Shown piece after piece: positions 54,725-64,000 of a stretch of DNA of 64,000 nucleotides. The translations under genes and the position numbers were made by a program. Where the stretch lies: contig JBBCJC010000001.1 in assembly GCA_037189525.1 (NCBI GenBank), positions 365 to 64,364 of the forward strand, given 5' to 3'. The notes beneath the pieces are model-generated. The model worked only from the letters and a program-made list of their open reading frames with translations, had not been told where the DNA came from and searched no databases. Source of the stretch: Gemmatimonadales bacterium (GTDB lineage: Bacteria; Gemmatimonadota; Gemmatimonadetes; Gemmatimonadales; GWC2-71-9). The number at the start of each line of letters is the position of its first letter. Within the stretch, counting starts at the first letter, position 1.

Positions 54725-56479
54725 GTGGCACCGCATCCCGTCACCGTTGTGGCACTTTGTCTCGGCCTGATCGGCGCCGTTCCGCCGATCAGTTCAGCGC
54801 CGATCGTCGTCGATTACGACCACCCGGTCCAGCTCTCGGACGGGGTCCGCCTCTCGGTCGACATCTACCGCCCCGACTCCGCCGGGCGCTTTCCCGTCAT
54901 CGTCTCCCGGACACCCTACGACAACGCCCGCGACCCGAACGGCCGATACTTCGCCGAGCGCGGGTATGTGTACGTGGCGGTCGACGTCCGCGGCCGTTAC
55001 GACTCCGAAGGGAGTTTCACGCCGTACGCCACGGAAGGGCGCGACGGTTACGACGTGGTCCAATGGGCGGCCGCGCAACCCTGGTCCGACGGCCGAGTGG
55101 GGACGACCGGCGCATCGTACCTGGGGTTCTCACAGTGGCTCACCGCGCGGGAGCGACCGCCCGCGCTCAAGGCCATGGTGGTGATGGTCTCACCGGTCGA
55201 CTACTACGACAGCCCGGTCCACACCGGCGGCGCCTTCAACCTGGGTGGTCGGCTTCCCTGGGCCGCGCTGGTGAGCGCGCGGACCAACCAGGCGATCGAC
55301 GCCCACGACTGGGAGCGCGCCCTCCGTCACCTTCCGCTCGAAACCGCGGACCGGGTCATCGGACGCCACCTGCCCGCCTATCGCGACTGGGTGACGAATC
55401 CCGACCGGAACGACTACTGGGCCCGCTTCTCGCTCGAGGGGCGTTGGGGTGACATCGGTGTGCCGATCTATCACGTAGGTGGCTGGTACGACGAGTTTCA
55501 CCGGGGGACCCTGCGAGGCTTCACCCAGATGCGCCGGCACGCCGCGACGTCGGAGGCCCGGACGAACCAACAGCTCCTGATCGGCCCCTGGACCCATGCG
55601 ATCAGCACGACCCGGAAGGTCGGCGTGGTCGACTTCGGAGCGGAATCGCTGCTCGACCTGCGCGCTGAGCAGCTGCGCTGGTTCGACCGGCATCTGAAGG
55701 GCAAAGCCGAGGTGAATGTGCCCAGCAAGCGAGTCCGGGTCTTCGACTTAGGCGCCAGGGCGTGGCGATCTTTCGATGACTGGCCCGCACCCGCGGCAAT
55801 CGAGACCCGCTGGTACCTGAGCGGCCCCGGCACGGCGAAAGGCGCGGCGGGCGGTCGAGTCGATTCCATTCTACCAGGCGCCGAGCCGCCCGATCGGTAC
55901 CGGTACGACCCCGCCGATCCGACCCCGTCGTCGGGTGGCGCCACGTGTTGTGTCGTGCCGGGGCTGTATCCCGAGATCATGCAGTGGGGACCACAGGACC
56001 AGCGTACGGTCGAACAGCGAAGCGATGTCCTCGTATATACGAGCGCGCCGCTCACGCGAGACCTGACCGTGGCCGGGCCAGTGACGGTCCGGCTCTACGC
56101 CTCGACCTCGGCCCGCGACACCGACTTCACCGCCAAGCTGGTCGATGTGCTTCCCGACGGGACGGCCATCAATCTCGCGGACGGGATCATCCGGGGGCGG
56201 TACCGGGAATCCACGACCACGCCCACCTTACTCGAGCCTGGCCGGGTCTATCCATTCGAGATCGACCTCGGCGCGACCGCGAACACGTTTCGCACCGGGC
56301 ATCGGATCAGGATCGAGATCGCGAGCGCCAACTTCCCGTGGTACGACCGGAACCTCAACACCGGCGGCGACCTCGCGCGCGAAACCCGGATGCAGGTGGC
56401 CGATCAGACGGTCTATCACGACGCAACCCGTGCGTCATACGTCTCACTGTTCGTCCTCCCGGCGACGGGGGCGAGATAG
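54725..56479 (+). CDS. CocE/NonD-family hydrolase, paralogue 2
   Basis: VIVSRTPYDN, GASYLGFSQW and the C-terminal GHRIRIEIASANFPWYDRN. Confidence 0.85.
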   Translation: MAPHPVTVVALCLGLIGAVPPISSAPIVVDYDHPVQLSDGVRLSVDIYRPDSAGRFPVIVSRTPYDNARDPNGRYFAERGYVYVAVDVRGRYDSEGSFTPYATEGRDGYDVVQWAAAQPWSDGRVGTTGASYLGFSQWLTARERPPALKAMVVMVSPVDYYDSPVHTGGAFNLGGRLPWAALVSARTNQAIDAHDWERALRHLPLETADRVIGRHLPAYRDWVTNPDRNDYWARFSLEGRWGDIGVPIYHVGGWYDEFHRGTLRGFTQMRRHAATSEARTNQQLLIGPWTHAISTTRKVGVVDFGAESLLDLRAEQLRWFDRHLKGKAEVNVPSKRVRVFDLGARAWRSFDDWPAPAAIETRWYLSGPGTAKGAAGGRVDSILPGAEPPDRYRYDPADPTPSSGGATCCVVPGLYPEIMQWGPQDQRTVEQRSDVLVYTSAPLTRDLTVAGPVTVRLYASTSARDTDFTAKLVDVLPDGTAINLADGIIRGRYRESTTTPTLLEPGRVYPFEIDLGATANTFRTGHRIRIEIASANFPWYDRNLNTGGDLARETRMQVADQTVYHDATRASYVSLFVLPATGAR

Positions 56480-56649
56480 CAGGCGCAGCGCATGTACTAC
56501 GCGTACGCGAGTATCCCAGGCAGACTCGTCTGTCTCATGGCTGTTGCAGCCGCGGCGCAGGCGTGTCGCGAGGGGAGTGAGGCCCTGCCGTCCTGGAGCG
56601 CTGTTGCCTACAATGCGTTCGTCACGTGTAAGGAGTGCGAGTCCGAAAA

Positions 56650-57585
56650 ATGGAACGACGACCTTTTCTGAAGCTCGCTCTCCTGGCAGGAGCATCTGCG
56701 GCATCGGGCGGCATTCGCAGCATCGCTGCGCAGGACGAAGCGCCGAGTGTCGCGTTGACGTTCGACGACTTCAACATCTTCGATGTGCCGGCGCTTTCCG
56801 GAGCAGCGCGGAACCGGTCGATACTGGATGCTCTCCAGGCGAGCAATCTACGGAGTGCCGTCTTCGTGACCGCACGGAACGTCGAAAGCGCCGCGTCGAT
56901 GCGACTGCTCGAGTCCTGGAACGAGGCCGGCCACCTCATCGGCAACCATACCTACACCCATCCCCGATACAGCCGAACTCCGTTCGATGATTTTGCTGCG
57001 GACTTTCTTCGATGTGATGGGGTCTTGCGCCGCCTATCACAGTTTCAGAAATGGTTTCGCTTTCCGTATCTCGATGAGGGCACCACGGCCGAACAGCGAG
57101 ACCGCATGCGGGCCTTCCTCGCGGCGGAGGACTACCGCAACGGCCATGTCACGATCGACGCATCAGACTGGTATGTCGATGGCCGGCTGCGAACGAGACT
57201 TGCCGCGCAGCCGAACACGGATGTGTCGCCCTACCGTCAATTCTACCTCGATCACATCTGGGAGCGGGCGCAGTTCTACGACGACCTGTCACGACAGGTC
57301 CTCGGCCGGAGTGTCCGGCACGTTCTCCTCCTCCATCATAACGTCCTGAATGGCATGTTCCTGACAAATCTGATCCAGATGTTCAAGGCCAAGGGGTGGA
57401 AGGTCATCGACGCCCAGGAGGCCTTCACGGACTCCGTGTTCACAGCGGTGCCCGACGTGCTGCCGGCCGGCCAGAGCCTGGTATGGTCGCTCGCCAAGCA
57501 GACGGGACGCTTCGATGATGTTTTGCGTTATCCTGGAGAAGACGGCACGTACGAGGCCGCCAAGATGGATGCGCTGGGACTCTGA
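56650..57585 (+). CDS. polysaccharide deacetylase (NodB-homology) family protein with Tat signal
   Basis: ATG 56650 gives MERRPFLKLALLAGASAASG (RRxFLK). VALTFDDF and GNHTYTHP are NodB motifs. The track start at GTG 56635 overlaps the AGGAG. Confidence 0.8.
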   Translation: MERRPFLKLALLAGASAASGGIRSIAAQDEAPSVALTFDDFNIFDVPALSGAARNRSILDALQASNLRSAVFVTARNVESAASMRLLESWNEAGHLIGNHTYTHPRYSRTPFDDFAADFLRCDGVLRRLSQFQKWFRFPYLDEGTTAEQRDRMRAFLAAEDYRNGHVTIDASDWYVDGRLRTRLAAQPNTDVSPYRQFYLDHIWERAQFYDDLSRQVLGRSVRHVLLLHHNVLNGMFLTNLIQMFKAKGWKVIDAQEAFTDSVFTAVPDVLPAGQSLVWSLAKQTGRFDDVLRYPGEDGTYEAAKMDALGL

Positions 57586-57631
57586 CCAGCGTCCAAACCG
57601 AGACCCTTCTCATTGCTGACTGGGTACCCCG

Positions 57632-58090
57632 ATGCGCTTCGCTACCATCATCGCCTCCGTTCTGGTGATCACCATCGCGGGTGAACTACGAGCGCAAGCC
57701 GCACCCGCATTGCTTCCATCGATCACACTATCGCCGGAGCTCGACCGGGTACTCCGTGACTATGAAACGGCCTGGCGCCGCGGCGATCCGGTAGCGCTGG
57801 CTGCGCTCTTCGCCGAGGATGGCTTCATCCTGCAAGGCGGCCGCGCACCCGTCCGCGGACGAGGCGCGATCCAGACGGCCTACACGGGCCAGGGCGGCGG
57901 GCCACTCCGCCTGCGAGCGCTCGCGGCAGCGACCGCGGACACGGTGGGCTACATCATCGGTGCGTACGGCTACGGCGACGCGCCAGGTGACCAGGGCAAG
58001 TTCACCCTGACGCTCCGCCGAGGAGCCGACGGGCGGTGGCTCATCTTTTCGGACATGGACAACCCGAGCCAACCGCCGCAAGGCCGTTAG
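57632..58090 (+). CDS. secreted NTF2-like (SnoaL/DUF4440-type) protein
   Basis: Signal IIASVLVITIAGELRAQA. YETAWRRGDPVALAALFAEDGF...FTLTLRRGADGRWLIFSDM. Confidence 0.7.
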   Translation: MRFATIIASVLVITIAGELRAQAAPALLPSITLSPELDRVLRDYETAWRRGDPVALAALFAEDGFILQGGRAPVRGRGAIQTAYTGQGGGPLRLRALAAATADTVGYIIGAYGYGDAPGDQGKFTLTLRRGADGRWLIFSDMDNPSQPPQGR

Positions 58091-58102
58091 GCGGTCTCAC
58101 GC

Positions 58103-59935
58103 ATGATCACACGAATCGGCATCGCGCTCCGGCAACGGAGATTCTTCCCCGCCCTGATCCTGGCCTTGGCCATAACACCGGCAGCCGCACAGAAACCCGA
58201 CCCCGGGGCGTACTCCCCGGGCACGCACATGGTTCGGGAAATCCGTAATCGGATGGTCTCGATGCGGGATGGCGTTCGGGTCTCGGTCGACCTCTATCTC
58301 CCCGACTCGGTCGACCGCGCCGCGACACTCGTCTCCATGACGCCGTACGACAACAGCAGCCCCGGTGCACGAAACAACGGTCGCTGGTGGGCGCAGCACG
58401 GATACGCAGTGGTGATTGCCGATGTGCGCGGCCGCTTCGATTCGGAGGGTACTTCGGACCCCTTTGCGGCGACGCTCAAACACGACGGCTACGATCTGGT
58501 CGAATGGGCCGCGCGCCAGCCCTTCAGCAACGGTCGCGTCGGAATGATCGGCGCATCCTACGGCGGGTGGACGCAGTGGTGGACTGCGAGTCTCGCGCCG
58601 CCCTCGCTCAAGGCGATCGCTCCTCTGGTCGCCCCTCCCGATCCCTTCGAGAATGCTCCCTATCAGCATGGTCTGCTGGTCGGCTGGGTCATGGATTGGG
58701 CGACAGGACTGGCGGGGCGAACGTTGCAGGTCACCGACACCGGCGCCTACTGGGGCTGGAACGCATCGCGACGGGCCGCTCTCATGCGAGCTCCGTATCT
58801 CGATCTGCTGACCAACCGCGGCGTCGAGAACGCCCCGTGGTTTGCCACCTGGATTCGGGACAACCTTGCTACCAGCCCCTACTGGCAGGCGGTCAGCTAT
58901 CAGGGCGCCGAGTCGTGTGCGCGGATGACAGTCCCGTCGATCAACGTGACCGGGTGGTTCGATGCCAACCATCCGGGCGCGCCGGCCAACTTCCGGTGCA
59001 TGGCCGACCACGGCGGCTCCACAGCGGCGCGGCACCCGGCACTGATCATCGGCCCGTGGACCCACGCGACCAACGCCCGGACCGAAGACGGCCGCGACTA
59101 TGGCGGCGACGCGCTGATCGATCTGAACGGATATCTCGCGCGCTGGTTCGACTACCATCTCAAGGGAATCGACAACGGGGTGACTAACGACCCGCGCGTC
59201 TACCTCTTCGTGATGGGCGAGAACCGCTGGCGCCGAGCGTCGGACTGGCCGTTGCCGGAGACGCAGTGGACCAAGTACTACCTGACGAGCGGCGGCCGAG
59301 CCAATTCGGACCGGGGCGATGGCCAGCTCAGCATCCGCCTGCCCACCCGCGACGGCACCGATCGCTATCGCTACGACCCCGCCGACCCGACTCCCTCGGC
59401 CGGTACCGAGAATGGGCATATCACGGGGGCCGCAGATGTGCGCAGTTCATCGGGCCGTGCGGATGTACTGGTGTACCAGACCCCTGCCCTCACCGAGCCG
59501 GTCACCATGATCGGCCCGATCGAAGCGGTGCTCTACGCCGCGACGTCCGCGCGCGACACCGACCGGACGGTCCGGCTCGTGGATGTCCATCCCGATGGCT
59601 ACGCAGCGCTGCTTGCGGACGGTGTCATCCGGGCGCGGAGCCGGGATCCCGGAAACGAAGGGCGGTTCACGGCGACAGCGCTGTCGACGATCGTGCCCGA
59701 CAGCACCTATCGGTACACGATCCGGTTCTGGCGCGGGGTGGCGAACGTGTTCAAGCCGGGGCACCGGATTCGGGTGGAGATTTCGAGCAGCTGGTTCCCC
59801 TATTATCTGCGGAACCTGAATTCCGGGGCGGACAACGTCGGGCTGGTGCGGGAGGACGAAGCGGTCGTGGCCGAGCAGCGCATCAGGCACGGAGGGCGGC
59901 ATCCGTCCCATCTGTTCTTTCCGATCGTTCCCTAG
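58103..59935 (+). CDS. CocE/NonD-family hydrolase, paralogue 3
   Basis: LVSMTPYDN, GASYGGWTQW and the C-terminal GHRIRVEISSSWFPYYLRN. Confidence 0.85.
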   Translation: MITRIGIALRQRRFFPALILALAITPAAAQKPDPGAYSPGTHMVREIRNRMVSMRDGVRVSVDLYLPDSVDRAATLVSMTPYDNSSPGARNNGRWWAQHGYAVVIADVRGRFDSEGTSDPFAATLKHDGYDLVEWAARQPFSNGRVGMIGASYGGWTQWWTASLAPPSLKAIAPLVAPPDPFENAPYQHGLLVGWVMDWATGLAGRTLQVTDTGAYWGWNASRRAALMRAPYLDLLTNRGVENAPWFATWIRDNLATSPYWQAVSYQGAESCARMTVPSINVTGWFDANHPGAPANFRCMADHGGSTAARHPALIIGPWTHATNARTEDGRDYGGDALIDLNGYLARWFDYHLKGIDNGVTNDPRVYLFVMGENRWRRASDWPLPETQWTKYYLTSGGRANSDRGDGQLSIRLPTRDGTDRYRYDPADPTPSAGTENGHITGAADVRSSSGRADVLVYQTPALTEPVTMIGPIEAVLYAATSARDTDRTVRLVDVHPDGYAALLADGVIRARSRDPGNEGRFTATALSTIVPDSTYRYTIRFWRGVANVFKPGHRIRVEISSSWFPYYLRNLNSGADNVGLVREDEAVVAEQRIRHGGRHPSHLFFPIVP

Positions 59936-59983
59936 CCCCCATACCGAGGCCCGGCAGCAGGGTGCCCGATGCGCACACGAACC

Positions 59984-60808
59984 CTATTCATAGTATCGCG
60001 CTGTCCGGTCGATCCGCGCCGAGAACTCGGCATCGTGACCAATCCAGAGCTGCGCCTCATGCTCTGCCAGCAACTGCGCCACCCGATCCATCGATGCCCG
60101 CGACTGTTCCACGTCGAAATTGAAGGACGGCACGGCCCGGTTCTCCCACATGTACTGGAAGTGCACCAGGTCACCGGAGAGGATGACCGGCCCCGTCCGC
60201 GGCAACCGGACCAGCAGCGACTGATGCCCCGGTGTGTGCCCCGGGGTCGAGAGAATGACGACGCTGCCGTCGCCGAAGACATCGAGGTCACCCTCGAGCA
60301 GTTCCAGTACCTGCCGCGGATGGATCATCCCGGGAGACGTCCGTTGCACCAGTTCGTGCTCCGGGCGTTGGATCAGCAGGCGAGCCGTGGGAAACATCGT
60401 CACGTTGCCGACGTGATCGCCGTGCGTGTGCGAGAACGCGAGATAGGTGATCGCAGCCGTCGAGACACCAAGGGCCTCGAGTTGCGCCTCCAGCGTTCGA
60501 TCGCGAAACCAGGTGATGACCCGGGTCGGGGCCAGGATCCCATCCGGATGAGCGGCCACGGAGTCCGGCACGCCCGTCTCCCAGAGCAGGGTACCGTTGG
60601 CGTGCTCGATCAGATAACAGTTGTTGGAGAGCGGGAGCGCCTGCCCCACGTTGACGCCCGGCGTCCAGCGCGACTGATCGTGCGCAACGAGGCGTCCACA
60701 GTCCAGGACGGTCATGTGTCGCAAACCGTCGGCTCCGGCGCTGCGGCAACCACCGAGCGCGCACAGGATCGGGATCCCGATGGCGGCCAGGCTCGATCGA
60801 ACGTTCAC
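59984..60808 (-). CDS. MBL-fold metallo-hydrolase (N-acyl-homoserine-lactonase-like), probable lipoprotein
   Basis: AFSHTHGDHVGN (HxHxDH), STPGHTPGHQS and HD near the C-terminus. GTG 60808 gives VNVRSSLAAIGIPILCALGGC (lipobox). Alternative starts are 60883 and 60715. Confidence 0.75.
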   Translation of the reverse strand: MNVRSSLAAIGIPILCALGGCRSAGADGLRHMTVLDCGRLVAHDQSRWTPGVNVGQALPLSNNCYLIEHANGTLLWETGVPDSVAAHPDGILAPTRVITWFRDRTLEAQLEALGVSTAAITYLAFSHTHGDHVGNVTMFPTARLLIQRPEHELVQRTSPGMIHPRQVLELLEGDLDVFGDGSVVILSTPGHTPGHQSLLVRLPRTGPVILSGDLVHFQYMWENRAVPSFNFDVEQSRASMDRVAQLLAEHEAQLWIGHDAEFSARIDRTARYYE

Positions 60809-61035
60809 AGATGGCAGCTCCGCTGGGGTCTCCACACAAGCTACCGGTATTCCGCCGGCGAATACACCAGGGGAATCCCCCAAGTCGCCGGAAACCTGGC
60901 CGGCGGTTCATCCGTCAGGAGATTGATCCCCACGCTGATCCGCCGTCCTCGGATATCGTCACTATTTTGGGACCGGGTCGAGTGCGGGTATAGCGTTCCG
61001 CGCCCTGGGCCAACCCAACCGAAGACGATCTCCAC

Positions 61036-63681
61036 GTGATCCGACGAATCGATATTCGCGTGCTCCTGTTGACGGGCACCCTTGCCGCCGGCCTGCCCGC
61101 GCTGGCAGCCGCTCAGGCCTCGCCCAAGTCCGCCCGCGCGGTTCGGCTGACCGGTCCCGGTCCTCACATCGACGGCGACCTGCGCGACCCGGCCTGGGAA
61201 ACGGCCGCGCCGATCGGGGATTTCGTCGAGAAGATTCCGGTCGAAGGGGCCCAGCCGAGTCTCAGGACCGAGGTTCGGATCCTGTTCGACGAGGACGCCA
61301 TCTACGTCGGCGCCCGCCTCTTCCGGCCCGACCCGCACAACATTCCGGTCGCCGTGACTCGGCGCGATGCCGCGAGCAACGCGGAATCGCTGGTGCTGTC
61401 CTTCGACACCTATCTGGACCGGCGCACCTCGTACAGCTTCGCCATCTCATCCGGCGGTGTGCGCAGCGACTATTACCATGGCCAGGATCTTCAATCCAAT
61501 CGCCAATACGAGTTCGATCCGATCTGGACCGCCAAAGCCCGAGTCGACAGCCTGGGGTGGACGGCCGAGATGCGGATTCCGTTTTCACAACTGCGGTTCA
61601 GCGCGGGCGCCGAGCAGACGTGGGGGCTGCAGATCCAGCGCCTGATTCCGGATCGGAACATGGACCTCTACTGGGTCCTGATCCCCCGAGCTAACGAGAT
61701 GTCGGGATGGTCCTCCTACTTCGGGCAACTGACCGGCATCGAGGGAATCCGGGGCGGACGCGGCATCGAAGTGGTACCCTACACCGCCGGCGACCTCACG
61801 CTGCGCGGCAACCGCGACCCGCGCAACCCGTTCGATCAGACCTTCCTCGGTCGTGCGGGCGCCGACATCAAGGCGGGACTCGGTGCCAGCCTGACGCTCG
61901 ACGCCACGGTCAATCCCGACTTCGGACAGGTCGAGGCCGACCCGGCAGAGGTGAATCTCACCGCGTTCGAGACCGTGTTCGAAGAAAAACGACCGTTCTT
62001 CATCGAGGGGCACGAAATCCTGACTGGACGCGCCCAGAGCTATCTCGGCCGGCCGACCTACTTCTACACCCGGCGGATCGGGGCCAGTCCGCGCGGCGCC
62101 ATCGGGGGCGATTTCACCGACCAGCCTCGCAATAGTACGATCATCGGCGCCACCAAGGTGACGGGGCGTCTGCCCTCGGGGCTTTCGGTGGGCATGCTGA
62201 CCTCGCTGACGGCGCGCGAGTGGGGCCGCGGCTACGACACCACCACCGGGATGTACTCCCGCGCGGCGGTCGAGCCGGGCACGGGGTTCGGCGTGCTGAG
62301 ACTTCAGCAGGAGGTCGGACGGAGCCGCTCGACGTTAGGCATGGTCCTGACCGGCGTGCGTCGCGACCTGGGTGAGACCGGCGGCCTCGACACCCTGCTC
62401 AGCCGAGACGCCGTCACCGGCGGCGTGGATTGGCGGCTTCGGTTCGAGCAGGGCAAATACGAAGTCACCGGCTGGGCCGGCTTCAGCCGAGTCGCCGGCG
62501 ACGCCGCAAGTATCGATCGGATCCAACGGGCCAGCGCGCACTACTTCCAGCGCCCCGACGCCGACTATCTCGACTACGATGCGCTCAGGCGCTCACTTTC
62601 GGGATACACGGCCTCGGTGCGCGCCGACAAAAATGCCGGGCGACACACGCTCTGGGGCATTCAGGTCGGTGTCAAATCGCCGGGGTTCGAGATCAATGAC
62701 ATCGGGCAAATGGCGCGAGCGGACGCGATCGACTTCAACGCCGACATCCAGCTGCGTGAGACCCAGCCGAACCGCTACTTCCGCTTCTTCAACATCGGCC
62801 ATTCGGTGGTGGGCCAGTGGGATTTCGGAATGGAGCGCCAGCTGCTCCGGCTGAACCAGAGTACCAGCTTCGTCTTCAACAACTTCTGGAGCACCTCGTT
62901 CAGGGTCACGTACGCCCATAACGCGATGAGCAATACGCTGACGCGCGGCGGGCCCTACATGGAGACCCCGCACAACTGGACCTTCCAGGCGTCGCTGGCC
63001 GGCAACCCCTCCTCGAAAACGACCTGGTCGACCTCGCTGACACATCAGCGCGACGGGCTGGGCGGCACCGGCTGGAGCACCAGCGGCAGCATCACGACTC
63101 GGCCCAGCGCCAGGTGGGAAGCCTCGGTGACCCCGCGGTATTCACGACTGACCAATCCGCGGCAGTATATCACCCGCGCTGCCGGCGGCAGCACGAGCAC
63201 CTACGGATCGCGCTATCTTTTCTCCTTCATCGACCAGAGCACGATTGCCGCGCAATTCCGGCTCAACTACGCCTTCACTCCGAACCTGACGATCCAGGGT
63301 TACGCCGAGCCGTTTGCTTCGAGCGGCCGGTACTATGACTTCGGTGAGCTGGCCGCGGCCCGAACCTCCGACCTGCGCACCTACGGGTCGACAGCCGGCA
63401 CCACCATTTCGGCCGGCGCGGATGGCCGCTATACCGTCACCGACGGCGGAACCAGCTTCGCGTTCTCGCGACCCGACTTCAATGTGCTGTCCTTCCGCTC
63501 CAACCTGGTGATCCGCTGGGAATGGATGGCAGGCAGCACCTTCTTCCTGATCTGGCAGCAGAACCGCGGCAATCTGCTCGACGCCGGCGACTTCGTCCGG
63601 GTCCGGTCGCTCTGGGACGCGGTCAACGCACCTGGGGACAATTTCCTCGCGGCCAAACTGAGTTACTGGTTCAAGGTCTGA
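61036..63681 (+). CDS. CBM9-like / DUF5916-family outer-membrane-associated protein
   Basis: Signal VLLLTGTLAAGLPALAAAQA. IDGDLRDPAWETAAPIGDFVEKIPVEGAQPSLRTEVRILFDEDAIYVGARL is typical of the CBM9-like N-terminus of DUF5916 proteins. The C-terminal YWF suggests a beta-barrel-like end. Confidence 0.75.
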   Translation: MIRRIDIRVLLLTGTLAAGLPALAAAQASPKSARAVRLTGPGPHIDGDLRDPAWETAAPIGDFVEKIPVEGAQPSLRTEVRILFDEDAIYVGARLFRPDPHNIPVAVTRRDAASNAESLVLSFDTYLDRRTSYSFAISSGGVRSDYYHGQDLQSNRQYEFDPIWTAKARVDSLGWTAEMRIPFSQLRFSAGAEQTWGLQIQRLIPDRNMDLYWVLIPRANEMSGWSSYFGQLTGIEGIRGGRGIEVVPYTAGDLTLRGNRDPRNPFDQTFLGRAGADIKAGLGASLTLDATVNPDFGQVEADPAEVNLTAFETVFEEKRPFFIEGHEILTGRAQSYLGRPTYFYTRRIGASPRGAIGGDFTDQPRNSTIIGATKVTGRLPSGLSVGMLTSLTAREWGRGYDTTTGMYSRAAVEPGTGFGVLRLQQEVGRSRSTLGMVLTGVRRDLGETGGLDTLLSRDAVTGGVDWRLRFEQGKYEVTGWAGFSRVAGDAASIDRIQRASAHYFQRPDADYLDYDALRRSLSGYTASVRADKNAGRHTLWGIQVGVKSPGFEINDIGQMARADAIDFNADIQLRETQPNRYFRFFNIGHSVVGQWDFGMERQLLRLNQSTSFVFNNFWSTSFRVTYAHNAMSNTLTRGGPYMETPHNWTFQASLAGNPSSKTTWSTSLTHQRDGLGGTGWSTSGSITTRPSARWEASVTPRYSRLTNPRQYITRAAGGSTSTYGSRYLFSFIDQSTIAAQFRLNYAFTPNLTIQGYAEPFASSGRYYDFGELAAARTSDLRTYGSTAGTTISAGADGRYTVTDGGTSFAFSRPDFNVLSFRSNLVIRWEWMAGSTFFLIWQQNRGNLLDAGDFVRVRSLWDAVNAPGDNFLAAKLSYWFKV

Positions 63682-63688
63682 CCGATCC

Positions 63689-63723
63689 GCAGCCCTCTCC
63701 TTGACGGGATAGGAGAGGGCTGC
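63689..63723 (+). terminator. stem-loop downstream of the DUF5916 gene
   Basis: GCAGCCCTCTCCT (63689-63701) pairs with AGGAGAGGGCTGC (63711-63723) around a 9-nt loop. Confidence 0.5.
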
Positions 63724-63730
63724 CACTATT

Positions 63731-63749
63731 CTCCTATGCACCATAGGAG
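63731..63749. promoter_or_regulatory. perfect palindrome CTCCTATG-CAC-CATAGGAG upstream of a PadR gene (candidate autoregulatory operator)
   Basis: 8-bp arms with a 3-nt spacer. It ends 6 nt before the PadR ATG and overlaps its AGGAGA Shine-Dalgarno sequence. Confidence 0.35.
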
Positions 63750-63755
63750 AGTAGC

Positions 63756-64000
63756 ATGACCCGTCAGGCCGACCTGCTTCCCGGCAACCTCGATCTCGTG
63801 ATCCTCAAGGCGGTGTCGCTCGGTGAGGTGCACGGATATGGGGTGCTGCTCCGGATCGAGGCGATTTCCCAGGGCGCCATCCTGGTCCAGCAGGGCGCCC
63901 TGTATCCCGCGCTCTATCGGCTGGAGCACCAGGGTCTGCTCGCGAGCAAGTGGGGCACCTCGGACAATAACCGCCGCGCCAAGTACTACCGGCTGACTCC
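63756..64000 (+). CDS. PadR-family transcriptional regulator, 5' partial (runs off the window)
   Basis: ATG 63756 follows AGGAGA. MTRQADLLPGNLDLVILKAVSLGEVHGYGVLLRIEAISQGAILVQQGALYPALYRLEHQGLLASKWGTSDNNRRAKYYRLT. It is absent from the ORF track because no stop falls within the window. Confidence 0.85.
   Translation, partial: MTRQADLLPGNLDLVILKAVSLGEVHGYGVLLRIEAISQGAILVQQGALYPALYRLEHQGLLASKWGTSDNNRRAKYYRLT

Noticed and set aside
56537-56575. CTGTTGCAGCCGCGGCGCAGGCGTGTCGCGAGGGG resembles the left arm of the attC repeat (TGTTGCAGCGGGCAGGCGCGCGGGG).
   Set aside because: Only a ~9-nt exact core is shared. There is no partner arm, no core boxes and no cassette context, so this is probably chance similarity in GC-rich DNA.

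Overview
High-GC bacterial chromosomal window. Hand-counted 60-nt lines run about 65-80% G+C. The gene content (PadR plus duplicated-FtsX ADOP-type permeases, a TolB-propeller amidohydrolase, CocE/NonD hydrolases, a DUF5916 protein) suggests a Gemmatimonadota/Acidobacteriota-like genome; this attribution is inference only.

The window has three parts.

(1) 1-11.3 kb holds nine same-orientation copies (8 full-length, 1 truncated) of a 125-140 bp nested-hairpin repeat. The repeat starts with RYYYAAC and ends with GTTRRRY. The copies separate short, mostly co-oriented ORFs whose start codons often lie 2-20 nt after the repeat. I interpret this as an integron gene-cassette array (attC sites). No integrase lies inside the window, so if one exists it would be left of position 1.

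(2) 21.6-27.1 kb is a visibly AT-richer island with four co-oriented genes:
- an unknown protein with a possible HEPN-like motif;
- a fusion of an Mrr-like nuclease to a P-loop, STAND-like NTPase;
- an FRG-domain protein;
- a DUF262 (ParB/GmrSD N-terminal-like) protein whose ATG directly follows the FRG stop codon.

This looks like an antiphage defence island. I do not recognise the FRG-DUF262 pair as a named system, so it is the best candidate for something undescribed.

(3) The remainder encodes secreted hydrolases, transporters and regulators:
- a NarL-type two-component pair;
- three CocE/NonD paralogues;
- ADOP permeases in three states: one intact with PadR, one orphan and one truncated;
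- gamma-glutamyltransferase, a serine hydrolase, a TolB-amidohydrolase and an amine oxidase;
- a Ser/Thr kinase and a CGNR/EamA divergent pair.

Smaller decay signals are also present: an IS30 transposase remnant, two apparent frameshifts and a paralogue remnant. Many long antisense ORFs in the track are high-GC artefacts. All functional calls come from motif recognition by eye. No database search was run.
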